Part shown: positions 1 through 8,087 of the stretch, one piece after another | How positions within the stretch are numbered: the first letter of the stretch is position 1 | How the letters are laid out: every line of letters starts with the position of its first letter | From: Aerosakkonema funiforme BLCC-F2 | Lineage (GTDB): Bacteria > Cyanobacteriota > Cyanobacteriia > Cyanobacteriales > Aerosakkonemataceae | DNA length: 21,353 nucleotides | Strand: one strand, 5' to 3' | NCBI RefSeq assembly: GCF_041929185.1 | Contig: NZ_JBHFNO010000043.1 | Notes under the pieces: model-generated | What the model saw: only the letters and a program-made list of their open reading frames with translations | Database searches by the model: none | Told to the model about the DNA's origin: nothing | Translations under genes and position numbers: made by a program

Positions 1-1
1 T

Positions 2-862
2 ACATTTAAACTTTGGGGAAGTCGCAATCTGCACTTCTATCAACTCAATCAAATCAAAAGAGTTAGAGTAATCAGAAGGTATGATGGCTACTACGCACAG
101 TTTTTAATCGACCAGACTAGGGAGGAGAATAAAGAATTAACGGGGAAACAAACAGGTTTAGATGTTGGCTTAAACCATTTCTACACTGATGCGGCTGGTA
201 ACAAAGTAGATAATCCTAAATTTTTGAGAAAGGATGAACGCCAACTCAAGAAACTTCAGCGTCGTTTGTCTCGGACTCAAAAAGGTAGCAAAAATAGAGC
301 CAAAGCCAGAAATAGATTAGGTAGAGCGCACTTATCGGTTTCACGCAGGCGTAACGATTGGGTATGCAAATTAGCCCGACACGTCATCCAGTCTAACGAC
401 TTGGTAGCGATAGAAAACCTCAAAGTGCGTAATATGGTGAAAAACCATCATTTAGCCAAATCAATTAGTGATGCTGCCTGGTATAGATTCAGAGAATGGT
501 TAGAGTATTTTGGTCAGGTTTATGGCGTGACAGTAATTGCTGTAGAACCGAAACTAACTAGCCAAAATTGTTCTAACTGTGGGTCAAAAGTGGTGAAAAC
601 TTTAAGCAACAGAACTCATCAATGTCCTCATTGCAAATATGTTGCTGACCGAGATGAGAATGCAGCAAAGAACATTTTAAAACTCGCTTTAAAACAACTA
701 TCAACTACGGTCGGGCAGACCGAAAGTAACGCCTCTGGAGAGACTGACCTCTGCTTAGTTGAGGAAACTCAACTAAGTAAATCAACTCGCAGAAAGAGGA
801 AGCCCAAAGAGCGATCTTTGGAATCCCCGTACCTTTTAGGTCGGGTCGGATGTCAACTATAG
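2..862 (+). CDS. tnpB: IS200/IS605-family transposon-associated TnpB (OrfB), 3' portion; its 5' end lies outside the window
   Basis: Frame 2 reads open from base 2. It translates to ...GLDVGLNHFYTDAAGNKVDNPKFLRKDERQLKKLQRRLSRTQKGSKNRAKARNRL...AIENLKVRNM...CSNCGSKV...HQCPHCKYVADRDENAAKNIL, which is the TnpB RuvC-like core with the C-terminal CxxC...CxxC zinc finger. The track ORF at 224 begins on an internal TTG. The ORF continues to 862, well past the usual TnpB C-terminus, so the last ~40 codons probably overlap the element's right end. Confidence 0.85.
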   Translation, partial: TFKLWGSRNLHFYQLNQIKRVRVIRRYDGYYAQFLIDQTREENKELTGKQTGLDVGLNHFYTDAAGNKVDNPKFLRKDERQLKKLQRRLSRTQKGSKNRAKARNRLGRAHLSVSRRRNDWVCKLARHVIQSNDLVAIENLKVRNMVKNHHLAKSISDAAWYRFREWLEYFGQVYGVTVIAVEPKLTSQNCSNCGSKVVKTLSNRTHQCPHCKYVADRDENAAKNILKLALKQLSTTVGQTESNASGETDLCLVEETQLSKSTRRKRKPKERSLESPYLLGRVGCQL

Positions 863-900
863 GGGTACTCACCTTGTCAGTGAGTTGGGGGGTGCAATTC
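700..900 (+). ncRNA. Putative TnpB right-end / omegaRNA scaffold region (coordinates approximate)
   Basis: There is a perfect 10-bp hairpin with a GAAA tetraloop (cttagttgag-gaaa-ctcaactaag, 762-785). There is a 7-bp hairpin with a GCGA tetraloop (ccaaaga-gcga-tctttgg, 812-829). There is a 6-bp hairpin (actcac-cttgtca-gtgagt, 875-893). All three lie at or overlapping the tnpB 3' end, which is where IS605-family omegaRNAs are encoded. Confidence 0.35.
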
Positions 901-914
901 CCTCCCTCGGCTTT

Positions 915-1661
915 TCAACTAGAAATTGTGCCATCCGGCATAATAGTTTTCTGGAAGATAGCGTCTTTGAGATTAGCTTTATTGAGGTTAGCACCTCTGA
1001 GATTCGCATAACTGAGATTAGCACCTGCGAGATTAACTTTGCTGAGGTTAGTCCATCTCAGATCCGCTCCTTCCAAGTCAGCTTCGCTCAGGTTAGCCTT
1101 AAACAGGTAGACTCCATTGAGATGAGCTTCTCTGAGACTAGCTTTAAAAAGGTCAGCTTTGTAAAGGTAAGCTCCAATTAGGTAAGCTTGGTGCAACTTA
1201 GCATTGCTGAGTTTAGCATTACTGAGGTTAGCACCTCTGAGGTTAGCTGCGGCGAGGTTAGTTCCCACCAAGTTAGCATCACCCAGATCGGCTCTTTCCA
1301 GGTTAGCTTCTCCCAGGTCAGCACCGATCAAGTTAGCATAAGCGAAATCTGCTTCCGTCAGGTCAGCTTTCCATAAATTAGTGCCGGTCAAGTTCGCTGC
1401 GGTCAGGTTAGCTTCGTTGAGGAGTGCTTCCTGAAGGTTGGCAAGACTGATGTTAGCATTGCTGAGGTTGGCGGTAATCAGTAAAGCTTGGCCGAGATCT
1501 GCTTTTCTCAGGTTTACTTTTTCCAAGTTCGCGCCTCTGAGATTAGCGCCTTGAAGGTTTGCTTCGCTGAGGTCTGGTTCTGTATCCTGATTGGAAGTTC
1601 TCCACTTAAGCCATTTCACCGCTCCTTCTTTAAGTAGGGTAAGATGCTCTATATTTGCCAT
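915..1661 (-). CDS. Pentapeptide-repeat protein
   Basis: The 248-aa ORF consists almost entirely of tandem A(N/D)LxG/A pentapeptides (ANLQGANLRGANLEKVNLRKADL...). The overlapping + strand ORFs at 885..1181 and 1188..1376 are antisense artefacts of the repeats. Confidence 0.9.
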   Translation of the reverse strand: MANIEHLTLLKEGAVKWLKWRTSNQDTEPDLSEANLQGANLRGANLEKVNLRKADLGQALLITANLSNANISLANLQEALLNEANLTAANLTGTNLWKADLTEADFAYANLIGADLGEANLERADLGDANLVGTNLAAANLRGANLSNAKLSNAKLHQAYLIGAYLYKADLFKASLREAHLNGVYLFKANLSEADLEGADLRWTNLSKVNLAGANLSYANLRGANLNKANLKDAIFQKTIMPDGTISS

Positions 1662-1890
1662 CTATCTTGAGTTTCCTTTCCGCGCTCCGGGGTTGCCAAA
1701 GAAGACTGTAACCCAATCTTGGTTTGTTTGAGCAAGTTTTTAGAGCATCTGAGTGGGGGTGAAATCTCCGGGTGTTTGGCCAAAAACTCCGTAACCTTGA
1801 AAAATCAATATTTTTAGAGTTCGTAAAGGAGACCCAAACACCTGCACCCCCGACTTCAAGCAAAGCGCGATCGAGTTTCATTTAAATTAA

Positions 1891-1904
1891 TCCCCGCTAG
1901 GGGA
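1891..1904. promoter_or_regulatory. Perfect palindrome tccccgctagggga about 22 bp upstream of the DUF433 start; candidate operator
   Basis: It is a 5+4+5 inverted repeat lying between the probable promoter and the AGGA ribosome-binding site at 1916-1919. TA-type modules are commonly autoregulated through palindromic operators. Confidence 0.25.
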
Positions 1905-1926
1905 GTAAAAATTGCAGGAATAATTT

Positions 1927-2166
1927 ATGTTAGGTTTCGATCGAATTACATTCAATCCGCGCATCATGGCAGGGCAAGCTTGTATTCGAGGAATGCGAGT
2001 TCCGGTTTCATTGATTTTGAATTTGGTGGCGAATGGAAAAACTGTAGCAGAGATTATAGAAGATTATCCATACTTGGAACCGGAAGATATTCAGCAATCA
2101 TTGATGTATGCGGCATGGTTAGCCCGCGAGCAGGTTTTTCCCACAGTCTATGAGAAAGTAGGATGA
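1927..2166 (+). CDS. DUF433-domain protein (antitoxin-like partner of DUF5615)
   Basis: The 79-aa ORF contains ...RIMAGQACIRGMRVPVSLILNLVANGKTVAEIIEDYPYLEPEDIQ..., typical of DUF433. It starts at ATG 1927 with AGGA 8 nt upstream, and it overlaps the next gene by 4 bp (ATGA). Confidence 0.8.
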   Translation: MLGFDRITFNPRIMAGQACIRGMRVPVSLILNLVANGKTVAEIIEDYPYLEPEDIQQSLMYAAWLAREQVFPTVYEKVG

Positions 2167-2525
2167 AATTTTTAGCGGATATGGGTATATCACCGCGCAC
2201 AGTCAATTGGCTAAGATCTGTTGGCTACGATGCACTACATTTAGTTGACGAAGGTTTGGCAGAATTACCCGATGATGAAATTCTGACAAAGGCTCGTGCT
2301 GAAGGACGGATACTCCTAACGGTAGATTTAGATTTTGGTTATCTGTTAGCGGTCAGTGGGGAACAATTGCCGAGTGTAATTCTGTTTCGGCTGGGTAATG
2401 AGAGTTATGAAATAATTAATGAACGTTTGGCACAGGTGCTGAATAGATTTGAGGAGGATTTGGCAGCAGGAGCAATTATTTCTGTTAAGGATGAAGCTTT
2501 CCGGGTGAGGCGATTGCCAATATAA
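2163..2525 (+). CDS. DUF5615-domain protein (Mut7-C/PIN-like putative RNase; toxin-like)
   Basis: The 120-aa ORF is coupled to the DUF433 gene by an ATGA overlap. Its sequence, MKFLADMGISPRTVNWLRSVGYDALHL...ILLTVDLDFG, matches the conserved DUF5615 fold found next to DUF433 in cyanobacteria. Confidence 0.8.
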   Translation: MKFLADMGISPRTVNWLRSVGYDALHLVDEGLAELPDDEILTKARAEGRILLTVDLDFGYLLAVSGEQLPSVILFRLGNESYEIINERLAQVLNRFEEDLAAGAIISVKDEAFRVRRLPI

Positions 2526-2562
2526 GCACAGTCGTCCCAGCTGAACAAGAATAGATTGGCAG

Positions 2563-2707
2563 AGTGGGGGAGCGGGAGAGCGGGGGAGTGGGGGAGCGGA
2601 AGAATTAATATTTTCCCTTTTCCCTCTTCCTTTTCCCTCTCCCTAACCCCTCTTCCCTAACCCCTCTTCCCTAACCCCTCTTCCCTAACCCCTAACCCCT
2701 AACCCCT
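2563..2707. repeat. Composite repeat: a G-rich arm, an AT loop and a C-rich arm forming an inverted repeat, followed by a 14-mer (CTAACCCCTCTTCC) in 3 full copies plus a fourth truncated to CTAACCC, and further (CTAACCC)-type heptamer tandem repeats
   Basis: Read directly from the sequence. The G-rich arm is gggggagcgggagagcgggggagtgggggagcgg. The loop is aattaatatt. The C-rich arm is ttttcccttttccctcttccttttccctctccc. The tandem repeats are ctaacccctcttcc (three full copies, the fourth truncated to ctaaccc) and ctaaccc (further tandem units following). The whole element sits between the convergent 3' ends of the DUF5615 gene and pepA. Confidence 0.8.
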
Positions 2708-4181
2708 ATTTCAAAACCCAATTCACGAGAGTGCGAACACCGTAACCGGTAGCACCAACGTTGTTGTAGCCGTTTTCCTTGTCTGTCCAAACTGGGCCGG
2801 CAATGTCCAAGTGTACCCAAGGGGTTTCTTTGACAAATTGCTTGAGGAACAAGGCAGCGGTGATGGAACCGCCGGGACGGGGGCCGGTATTTTTCATATC
2901 GGCAATTTGGGATTTTAAACCATCAAAGTATTTCTCTTCCAGAGGCATCCGCCATAGCTTTTCGCCAGCAAGTTCGGCAGATTCAATAATCTCGTTGGCG
3001 ACGGTATCGTTCGGACTCCACAAACCGGCAATATCATCGCCTAAAGCGATGACGCACGCACCGGTGAGTGTGGCTAAGTCGATCATGGCATCAACGCCGA
3101 GTTTTTCGGCAAACACCAAAGCATCTGCCAGAGTCAGGCGTCCTTCCGCATCGGTGTTGTTGACTTCGATCGTCTTGCCGTTAGAAGCTTTCAGAACATC
3201 GCCTGGGTGCATGGCGCGACCGCCGATCATATTCTCGGTAGCTGCGGTGATAAAATGAACTTCCACATCGGGTTTGAGTTGGGCGATCGCTTTTGCCGCA
3301 CCCAAAGTTGCAGCTGCACCACCCATGTCTATTTTCATCATCTCGATACCGCTACCGGCAACTTTGATATTCAAACCGCCAGAGTCGAAGGTCAAACCTT
3401 TACCGATAATTGCCAATTTGCGGCGCGGTGTTCCCTCCGGTTTGTAAGTTAAGTGAATAAACTTAGGCGGTAAGTCGGAAGCTTTGGCAACACCCAAAAA
3501 CGCACCCATCCCCAGCTTTTCGCAATCTTCTTGTTCCAAGATTTCTGCCGCCAAGCCGAATTCTTGTGCTAGCGCTTCCGCTGTTTGGGCCATTGTCACT
3601 GGAGTTACCTCGTTGGCTGGTGCGGCCACCAGTTCCCGCGCTAGGATAACACCGGCGCAGATTTGCTTGGCGCGGTTAATTGCGTCTTCTTGACCCTCGA
3701 AACCGAGTAAATCGATTTGTTCGAGTTGCGGCCCTTTGTCTTCCGATTCTGACTTAAAGCGGTTATCTTGGTGCAGGGCCAGTTCTATACCTTCAACGAT
3801 CGCCCCAGTTGTAGTTGGGGCATCATTATTCCATACTGGTAAGCTCAGGCCCAAGGTTTTGCATTTTTCCTTTTTAGCTAACCGAGCTGCTGCTGCTGCC
3901 GATCGGCGCAAAGAATTTAACTTCTGCGTTTCGGCCTTGCCCAGTCCCACCAGTATAATTTTACGGACTGGACTGCCGCTACCGCCAACGCGAGTCGAAG
4001 CGCTGCTGCCTTCTTTGCCCTTAAATTCGGTTTCTGCAATCAAATCTTGCAAAGTACCGCCGAACTTCTCGTTTAACTGCGCTAAATCGCCAGTTAACTC
4101 GACGGCATCTTCAAAAAAGCCAATTGCCAATCCATCCCCCGACCAATCTAAGCGCGGGGTATTTATTGCGCGAAATTCCAT
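2706..4181 (-). CDS. pepA: Leucyl aminopeptidase (M17 family)
   Basis: The M17 signature [14 protein letters not shown] and the sequence across the metal-binding region ([16 protein letters not shown]) are present. The track start at 4196 is a TTG. I prefer the ATG at 4181 ([13 protein letters not shown]...). Confidence 0.9.
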   Translation of the reverse strand: MEFRAINTPRLDWSGDGLAIGFFEDAVELTGDLAQLNEKFGGTLQDLIAETEFKGKEGSSASTRVGGSGSPVRKIILVGLGKAETQKLNSLRRSAAAAARLAKKEKCKTLGLSLPVWNNDAPTTTGAIVEGIELALHQDNRFKSESEDKGPQLEQIDLLGFEGQEDAINRAKQICAGVILARELVAAPANEVTPVTMAQTAEALAQEFGLAAEILEQEDCEKLGMGAFLGVAKASDLPPKFIHLTYKPEGTPRRKLAIIGKGLTFDSGGLNIKVAGSGIEMMKIDMGGAAATLGAAKAIAQLKPDVEVHFITAATENMIGGRAMHPGDVLKASNGKTIEVNNTDAEGRLTLADALVFAEKLGVDAMIDLATLTGACVIALGDDIAGLWSPNDTVANEIIESAELAGEKLWRMPLEEKYFDGLKSQIADMKNTGPRPGGSITAALFLKQFVKETPWVHLDIAGPVWTDKENGYNNVGATGYGVRTLVNWVLK

Positions 4182-4307
4182 TCCCCGTTTCACCAATTCA
4201 CCAATTTAAGTACTTGTACCAGTATCGATCAATATTGGCGAACTGCCCTACCCCAAGCATCCGAGATACGTTAAACTAGCTCCCATCTTATGTTTTTTAA
4301 CAGCTGC

Positions 4308-4324
4308 GGTTAAAACTTTTAACC
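4308..4324. promoter_or_regulatory. Perfect 8-bp inverted repeat ggttaaaa-c-ttttaacc in the divergent pepA/slt intergenic region
   Basis: Seen directly in the sequence. It lies in a 455-bp divergent promoter region, so it may be an operator. Confidence 0.2.
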
Positions 4325-4652
4325 AAGCCCAATCACTTATTGTCATCTTCCGAAGGAGATATATATTGGGTCAATCTGGGATGCAGTTGACTGGATTCCT
4401 ACAAACCCAAACTCGGTAAAAAGTTGTAGCTTCCCCAGACAAAAGGCAAACTTAATGATGTGTCAATACTGTTAGGTTAAGACTCGCTCGCCCCTAGCCT
4501 TCCTTGACAAGGGAGGTTGCGGTGCAGTCCATGAAGTAAATCAAACGCTACCAACACAGTATTGAAGAATAAGTTACTCACAGCAGGCACAACTAGCTAT
4601 GTGTCTGTTCTTGTCAAATCGAGCTTCTGTAATCGTTGGGCGGTGAGAAGTG

Positions 4653-6839
4653 ATGCAAAAAGTAATGAAAAATCCAATTCCCTTAGCTGTTGGTGCGGGG
4701 CTATCGGTTTTGTTGATTGGAAGTACGTTGTTATTAATGAGATGGAGCGATGGGGAACAGGCTGCGCCCGAAGCTACTGAAGTGCAGGGTGAGCTAAGTT
4801 CTCAGTCAAAAGAAAAGCCGAAGTCCGCAACATTGCCACTGGTAACACTTTCACCGACTCAACGGGCAAGCGATCTGGAAAAGATCGCCTCCGGAGGAAA
4901 ATCGCTCGATCGCCATCGCGCCCGGTATGTGCTGGCTAGCGACCTAATTCAACAGAATCGCGGGCAAAAGGCGATCGCCTGGTTGGAGGGATTGGAACAA
5001 GATTATCCCCTATTAGCGCCACATATAATCGCAAAACGCGCCCAAGCTTATGAAGTGAGCGGCGATAAAGCCAAAGCAAACGCAACTTGGCAAGAAGTGC
5101 TGCAAAAGTATCCGCAAAGTGCGGTAGCGGCAGAGGCGCTGTTTGCTTTGGGACGCACCGATCCGCAATACTGGGATAAGGCGATCGCATCTTTTCCCGA
5201 TCACCCCCGCACCGCTGAAATCGCCTGGACTCGCCTCAAGCAAAATCCCGATCGACTACCCCTACTACGGCTGTTAGTGAAGCACGACCCCGACAGCAAG
5301 CAAATCAACACCGTTTTAGAAGCCCTGCAAAACAAGTATGCCGCTCAGTTAAAGCCGGAAGATTGGGAAGCAATAGCCTACATATACTGGGATAGGTTTG
5401 ATTTCGATAAAGCCGGACAAGCTTATGCCAAAGCTACCCGCACGCCCCTCAATCTCTACCGCGCCGGTCGGGGACGCCAACTGCGCGGTAAAAGAACAGA
5501 AGCTGTATTAGCTTATCAGCAGTTGCTGAAGGAGTTCCCCGAAGCGAAGGAAACTGGTTTGGCGGCGGTACGCTTAGGGCAGTTACTTTTGTCACCAGCT
5601 GCTTTACCGTATCTGGACATGGCAATTAACCGATTTCCAGAAAAAGCCGGTGAAGCGCTTTTACTCAAAGCCAAAATTCTCGACGGTACGGGAAGCGCCA
5701 AGTCAGCATCGCAAGCTCGTCAGTTGGCGCTGAGCAAATATGCAGATTCGGAAGCAGTGGCTGAATATCGTTGGAACGTAGCCAAAGGTAGAGCCAATGT
5801 GGGAGATTTAATGGGGGCTTGGCAATGGGCTCAACCGATTACTAAGCACAATCCCGATAGCGAATTTGCACCCAAAGCGGCTTTTTGGGTGGGGAAATGG
5901 GCGACTAGATTGGGGCGTCAACAGGATGCCAAAGCTTCTTTTGAATATGTGTTGAAAAACTATCCAGAATCTTACTATGCTTGGCGATCGGCTGGCATAC
6001 TCGGTTTGAATGTGGGCACTTTCAACACCGTGCGCGATATGATGCCCCAAGTTGTGAAAGCCTCGGAAAAACCCTTGTTGCCAGCTGGTTCTGAAGTTAT
6101 GAAAGAACTATACCAACTCGGGCAAAAGCGCGATGCTTGGGCGATGTGGCAAACAGAATTTCATAACCGCATCCAGCCAACGGTAAAAGAACAATTCACC
6201 GATGGGGTTCTGCGCTTGGGAATCGGAGAAAATATCAAGGGAATTACGCAGGTGGAGGGTGTGAGCTGGTGGCGGGATACGCCTGCGGAGAAAGCTGAAA
6301 TATCTGCTCTCAAGCAAGATATGGCATATTGGCACGCCCTCTATCCATTTCCATTTATGGAATATATCGAAACTTGGTCGCAAGAACGCAAGCTCAATCC
6401 GTTACTCGTAACAGCCCTCATCCGCCAAGAATCTCGCTTTGAACCTACCATCCGTTCCATTGCCGGTGCTGTTGGTTTGATGCAGGTAATGCCCAGTACA
6501 GGTGCCTGGATCGCTCAAGCAACAAACATTAAAAGTTATGCTTTAGATAATCCCAACGATAACATCAAATTTGGCACTTGGTATCTGGATCATACCCATG
6601 AGACATACAACAATAATTCTCTGTTTGCTGTCGCCAGTTATAATGCTGGGCCAGGGAATGTGTCAAAATGGATCGCGCAGTTTGGTTTGACCGATCCCGA
6701 TGAATTTGTGGAAGCCGTTCCGTTTCCAGAAACTCAAGGTTATATCAAACACGTGTTTGAAAATTATTGGAACTATCTGCGGCTGTACAATCCCCAAATG
6801 TCTGAAATATTATCCCATTACAAACGCACCAAAAATTAA
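4653..6839 (+). CDS. Soluble lytic murein transglycosylase (N-terminal signal/TM, TPR-like superhelical region, C-terminal SLT domain)
   Basis: The N-terminus is hydrophobic (PIPLAVGAGLSVLLIGSTLLL). The C-terminus carries the SLT catalytic motif ...LVTALIRQESRFEPTIRSIAGAVGLMQVMPSTGAWIA...AVASYNAGPGNV. The start could be GTG 4650, ATG 4653 or ATG 4665. Confidence 0.85.
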   Translation: MQKVMKNPIPLAVGAGLSVLLIGSTLLLMRWSDGEQAAPEATEVQGELSSQSKEKPKSATLPLVTLSPTQRASDLEKIASGGKSLDRHRARYVLASDLIQQNRGQKAIAWLEGLEQDYPLLAPHIIAKRAQAYEVSGDKAKANATWQEVLQKYPQSAVAAEALFALGRTDPQYWDKAIASFPDHPRTAEIAWTRLKQNPDRLPLLRLLVKHDPDSKQINTVLEALQNKYAAQLKPEDWEAIAYIYWDRFDFDKAGQAYAKATRTPLNLYRAGRGRQLRGKRTEAVLAYQQLLKEFPEAKETGLAAVRLGQLLLSPAALPYLDMAINRFPEKAGEALLLKAKILDGTGSAKSASQARQLALSKYADSEAVAEYRWNVAKGRANVGDLMGAWQWAQPITKHNPDSEFAPKAAFWVGKWATRLGRQQDAKASFEYVLKNYPESYYAWRSAGILGLNVGTFNTVRDMMPQVVKASEKPLLPAGSEVMKELYQLGQKRDAWAMWQTEFHNRIQPTVKEQFTDGVLRLGIGENIKGITQVEGVSWWRDTPAEKAEISALKQDMAYWHALYPFPFMEYIETWSQERKLNPLLVTALIRQESRFEPTIRSIAGAVGLMQVMPSTGAWIAQATNIKSYALDNPNDNIKFGTWYLDHTHETYNNNSLFAVASYNAGPGNVSKWIAQFGLTDPDEFVEAVPFPETQGYIKHVFENYWNYLRLYNPQMSEILSHYKRTKN

Positions 6840-6850
6840 CAGTGGAGGAG

Positions 6851-6941
6851 TCAAAAGTCAAAAGTCAAAAGTCAAAAGTCAAACATTCAGATTTCCTCCC
6901 TCTCCCTCTTCCCTTTTCCCCGACGCCCGACGCCCGACGCC
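6851..6941. repeat. STRR-like heptamer arrays: (GTCAAAA)x3 plus GTCAAAC, a polypyrimidine tract, then (CCGACGC)x4
   Basis: Read directly as gtcaaaagtcaaaagtcaaaagtcaaac ... cctccctctccctcttcccttttcc ... ccgacgcccgacgcccgacgcccgacgcc. The arrays lie in the slt-tatC intergenic region. Confidence 0.75.
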
Positions 6942-6992
6942 CGACGCCCTAAAGTCAGATACAATAATTAACAAACTGACTGAAGTTGACCC

Positions 6993-7793
6993 ATGACGCC
7001 TCCTTCGGAACTAGATACCAGCACCGAGCCATCTTTTGCAGACGCTGAAAACGAGAACGACAATACAAAAGACGAATTTCTCGACGAACTCCCCGGAGAG
7101 GTCGAGATGTCCTTGTTCGACCACTTGGAGGAGTTGCGCCAGCGCATTTTTTACTCGTTAATTGTTGTCGTGCTATCAATATCAGGTTGCTTCTTTTTTG
7201 TCAAGCCGATCGTACAACTTTTGGAAAAACCTGCACGGGGAGTAAAGTTTGTTCAGCTCGCTCCGGGGGAGTTCTTTTTTGTGTCCCTAAAAGTGGCGGG
7301 ATATAGCGGCTTACTGTTAGCCAGTCCGTTTATCCTCTACCAAATTATTATGTTTGTTTTGCCGGGATTGACCCGTAGGGAACGCCGCTTGCTGGGGCCA
7401 GTGGTTATTGGGTCGAGTTTTCTATTTTTTGGTGGATTGGCTTTTGCCTATATAGCCTTGATTCCGGCTGCGCTCAATTTCCTCATCAGTTATGGTGCGG
7501 ATGTGGTCGAGCAATTGTTTTCGATCGATCGCTATTTTGAATTTGTTTTGCTGCTTTTATTCTGTACTGGCTTAGTTTTTCAAATTCCCATTATTCAAAT
7601 TATCATCGGCTTTTTGGGAATTATCTCTTCCAAACAAATGCTTGCGGCTTGGCGATACGTTTTAATGGGATCGGCAATTTTGGGAGCGGTGCTGACGCCT
7701 TCCACTGACCCGGTGACGCAAACCATTTTAGCAGGCGCGGTGCTGGGTTTGTATTTATTTGGTACTGGTTTGGTCGTTCTGTTGGGTAAATAG
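6993..7793 (+). CDS. tatC: Twin-arginine translocase subunit TatC
   Basis: It has the canonical TatC N-terminal motif [19 protein letters not shown] followed by six hydrophobic segments. An acidic N-terminal extension of about 38 aa would be absent if the alternative start at the VEM-SLF methionine were used. Confidence 0.9.
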   Translation: MTPPSELDTSTEPSFADAENENDNTKDEFLDELPGEVEMSLFDHLEELRQRIFYSLIVVVLSISGCFFFVKPIVQLLEKPARGVKFVQLAPGEFFFVSLKVAGYSGLLLASPFILYQIIMFVLPGLTRRERRLLGPVVIGSSFLFFGGLAFAYIALIPAALNFLISYGADVVEQLFSIDRYFEFVLLLLFCTGLVFQIPIIQIIIGFLGIISSKQMLAAWRYVLMGSAILGAVLTPSTDPVTQTILAGAVLGLYLFGTGLVVLLGK

Positions 7794-7807
7794 TCGCAAA
7801 GGAAATC

Positions 7808-7845
7808 GCCAGGGAGTTAATTCTCTGGCTAATAGCTGATTTTTA
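7808..7845 (+). terminator. Possible tatC terminator hairpin
   Basis: The sequence gccaggg-agttaatt-ctctggc forms a 7-bp stem that includes one G-U pair. A TTTTT run follows about 10 nt downstream. The spacing is not ideal for an intrinsic terminator. Confidence 0.25.
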
Positions 7846-7877
7846 AGAAAGAAAAAACTATTCAAAGTAGAACCACT

Positions 7878-8087
7878 ATGACATCACAACCATTAGAGTT
7901 AGAGGGAACCTGGGAAGAGATTGTTGCCCAATCAGAAAAATTTGCCGGACGTCGCGTTCGCGTTATTGTTCTTGCTGAAGAAGAGTTGAAGTCCGCAGAA
8001 GAAAGCTTTCGGCAGGGATGGTATGAAGCCATGACAGGGCAAACAATACCACTTTCGGAATTATGGGAAGGGATTGATGCCGAATAA
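7878..8087 (+). CDS. Small antitoxin-like protein, upstream partner of the RelE/ParE toxin
   Basis: The 69-aa ORF is acidic. Its 3' end overlaps the downstream toxin-family gene by 11 nt, which is classic type II TA architecture. I cannot assign it to a family. Confidence 0.55.
   Translation: MTSQPLELEGTWEEIVAQSEKFAGRRVRVIVLAEEELKSAEESFRQGWYEAMTGQTIPLSELWEGIDAE

Noticed and set aside
885-1376. The + strand ORFs 885..1181 (98 aa) and 1188..1376 (62 aa), which have repetitive 'EVS/QVS' translations
   Set aside because: They are the antisense reading of the pentapeptide-repeat gene on the minus strand. The periodic repeats keep several frames open.
1630-1881. An 83-aa minus-strand ORF in the pentapeptide/DUF433 divergent region
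   Set aside because: It overlaps the pentapeptide start and the promoter region. It has no recognisable motifs and no convincing RBS, so it is probably spurious.
2563-2707. CRISPR array or genuine telomere interpretation of the tandem repeats (also for those at 6851-6941 and 9684-9718)
   Set aside because: The units are 7 to 14 nt with no unique spacers, and no cas genes are present. This is a circular-chromosome-type gene context, and the repeats match cyanobacterial STRR-type elements.
2779-4209. Four + strand ORFs (2779..3258, 3207..3452, 3484..3693, 3736..4209) inside pepA
   Set aside because: They are antisense to a strongly supported M17 aminopeptidase gene. Their Ala/Ser/Pro-rich translations are typical of GC-skewed antisense frames.
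4562-4780. A 72-aa ORF overlapping the transglycosylase start
   Set aside because: It is out of frame with the well-supported slt gene and has no motifs.
4936-6383. Five minus-strand ORFs (4936..5190, 5013..5243, 5516..5701, 5808..6050, 6108..6383) inside slt
   Set aside because: They are antisense artefacts within a 729-aa gene that has a clear domain structure.
6700-7179. ORFs 6700..6996 (+) and 6955..7179 (-) spanning the STRR region
   Set aside because: They read through heptamer repeats and polypyrimidine tracts, and they overlap the 3' end of slt and the 5' end of tatC.
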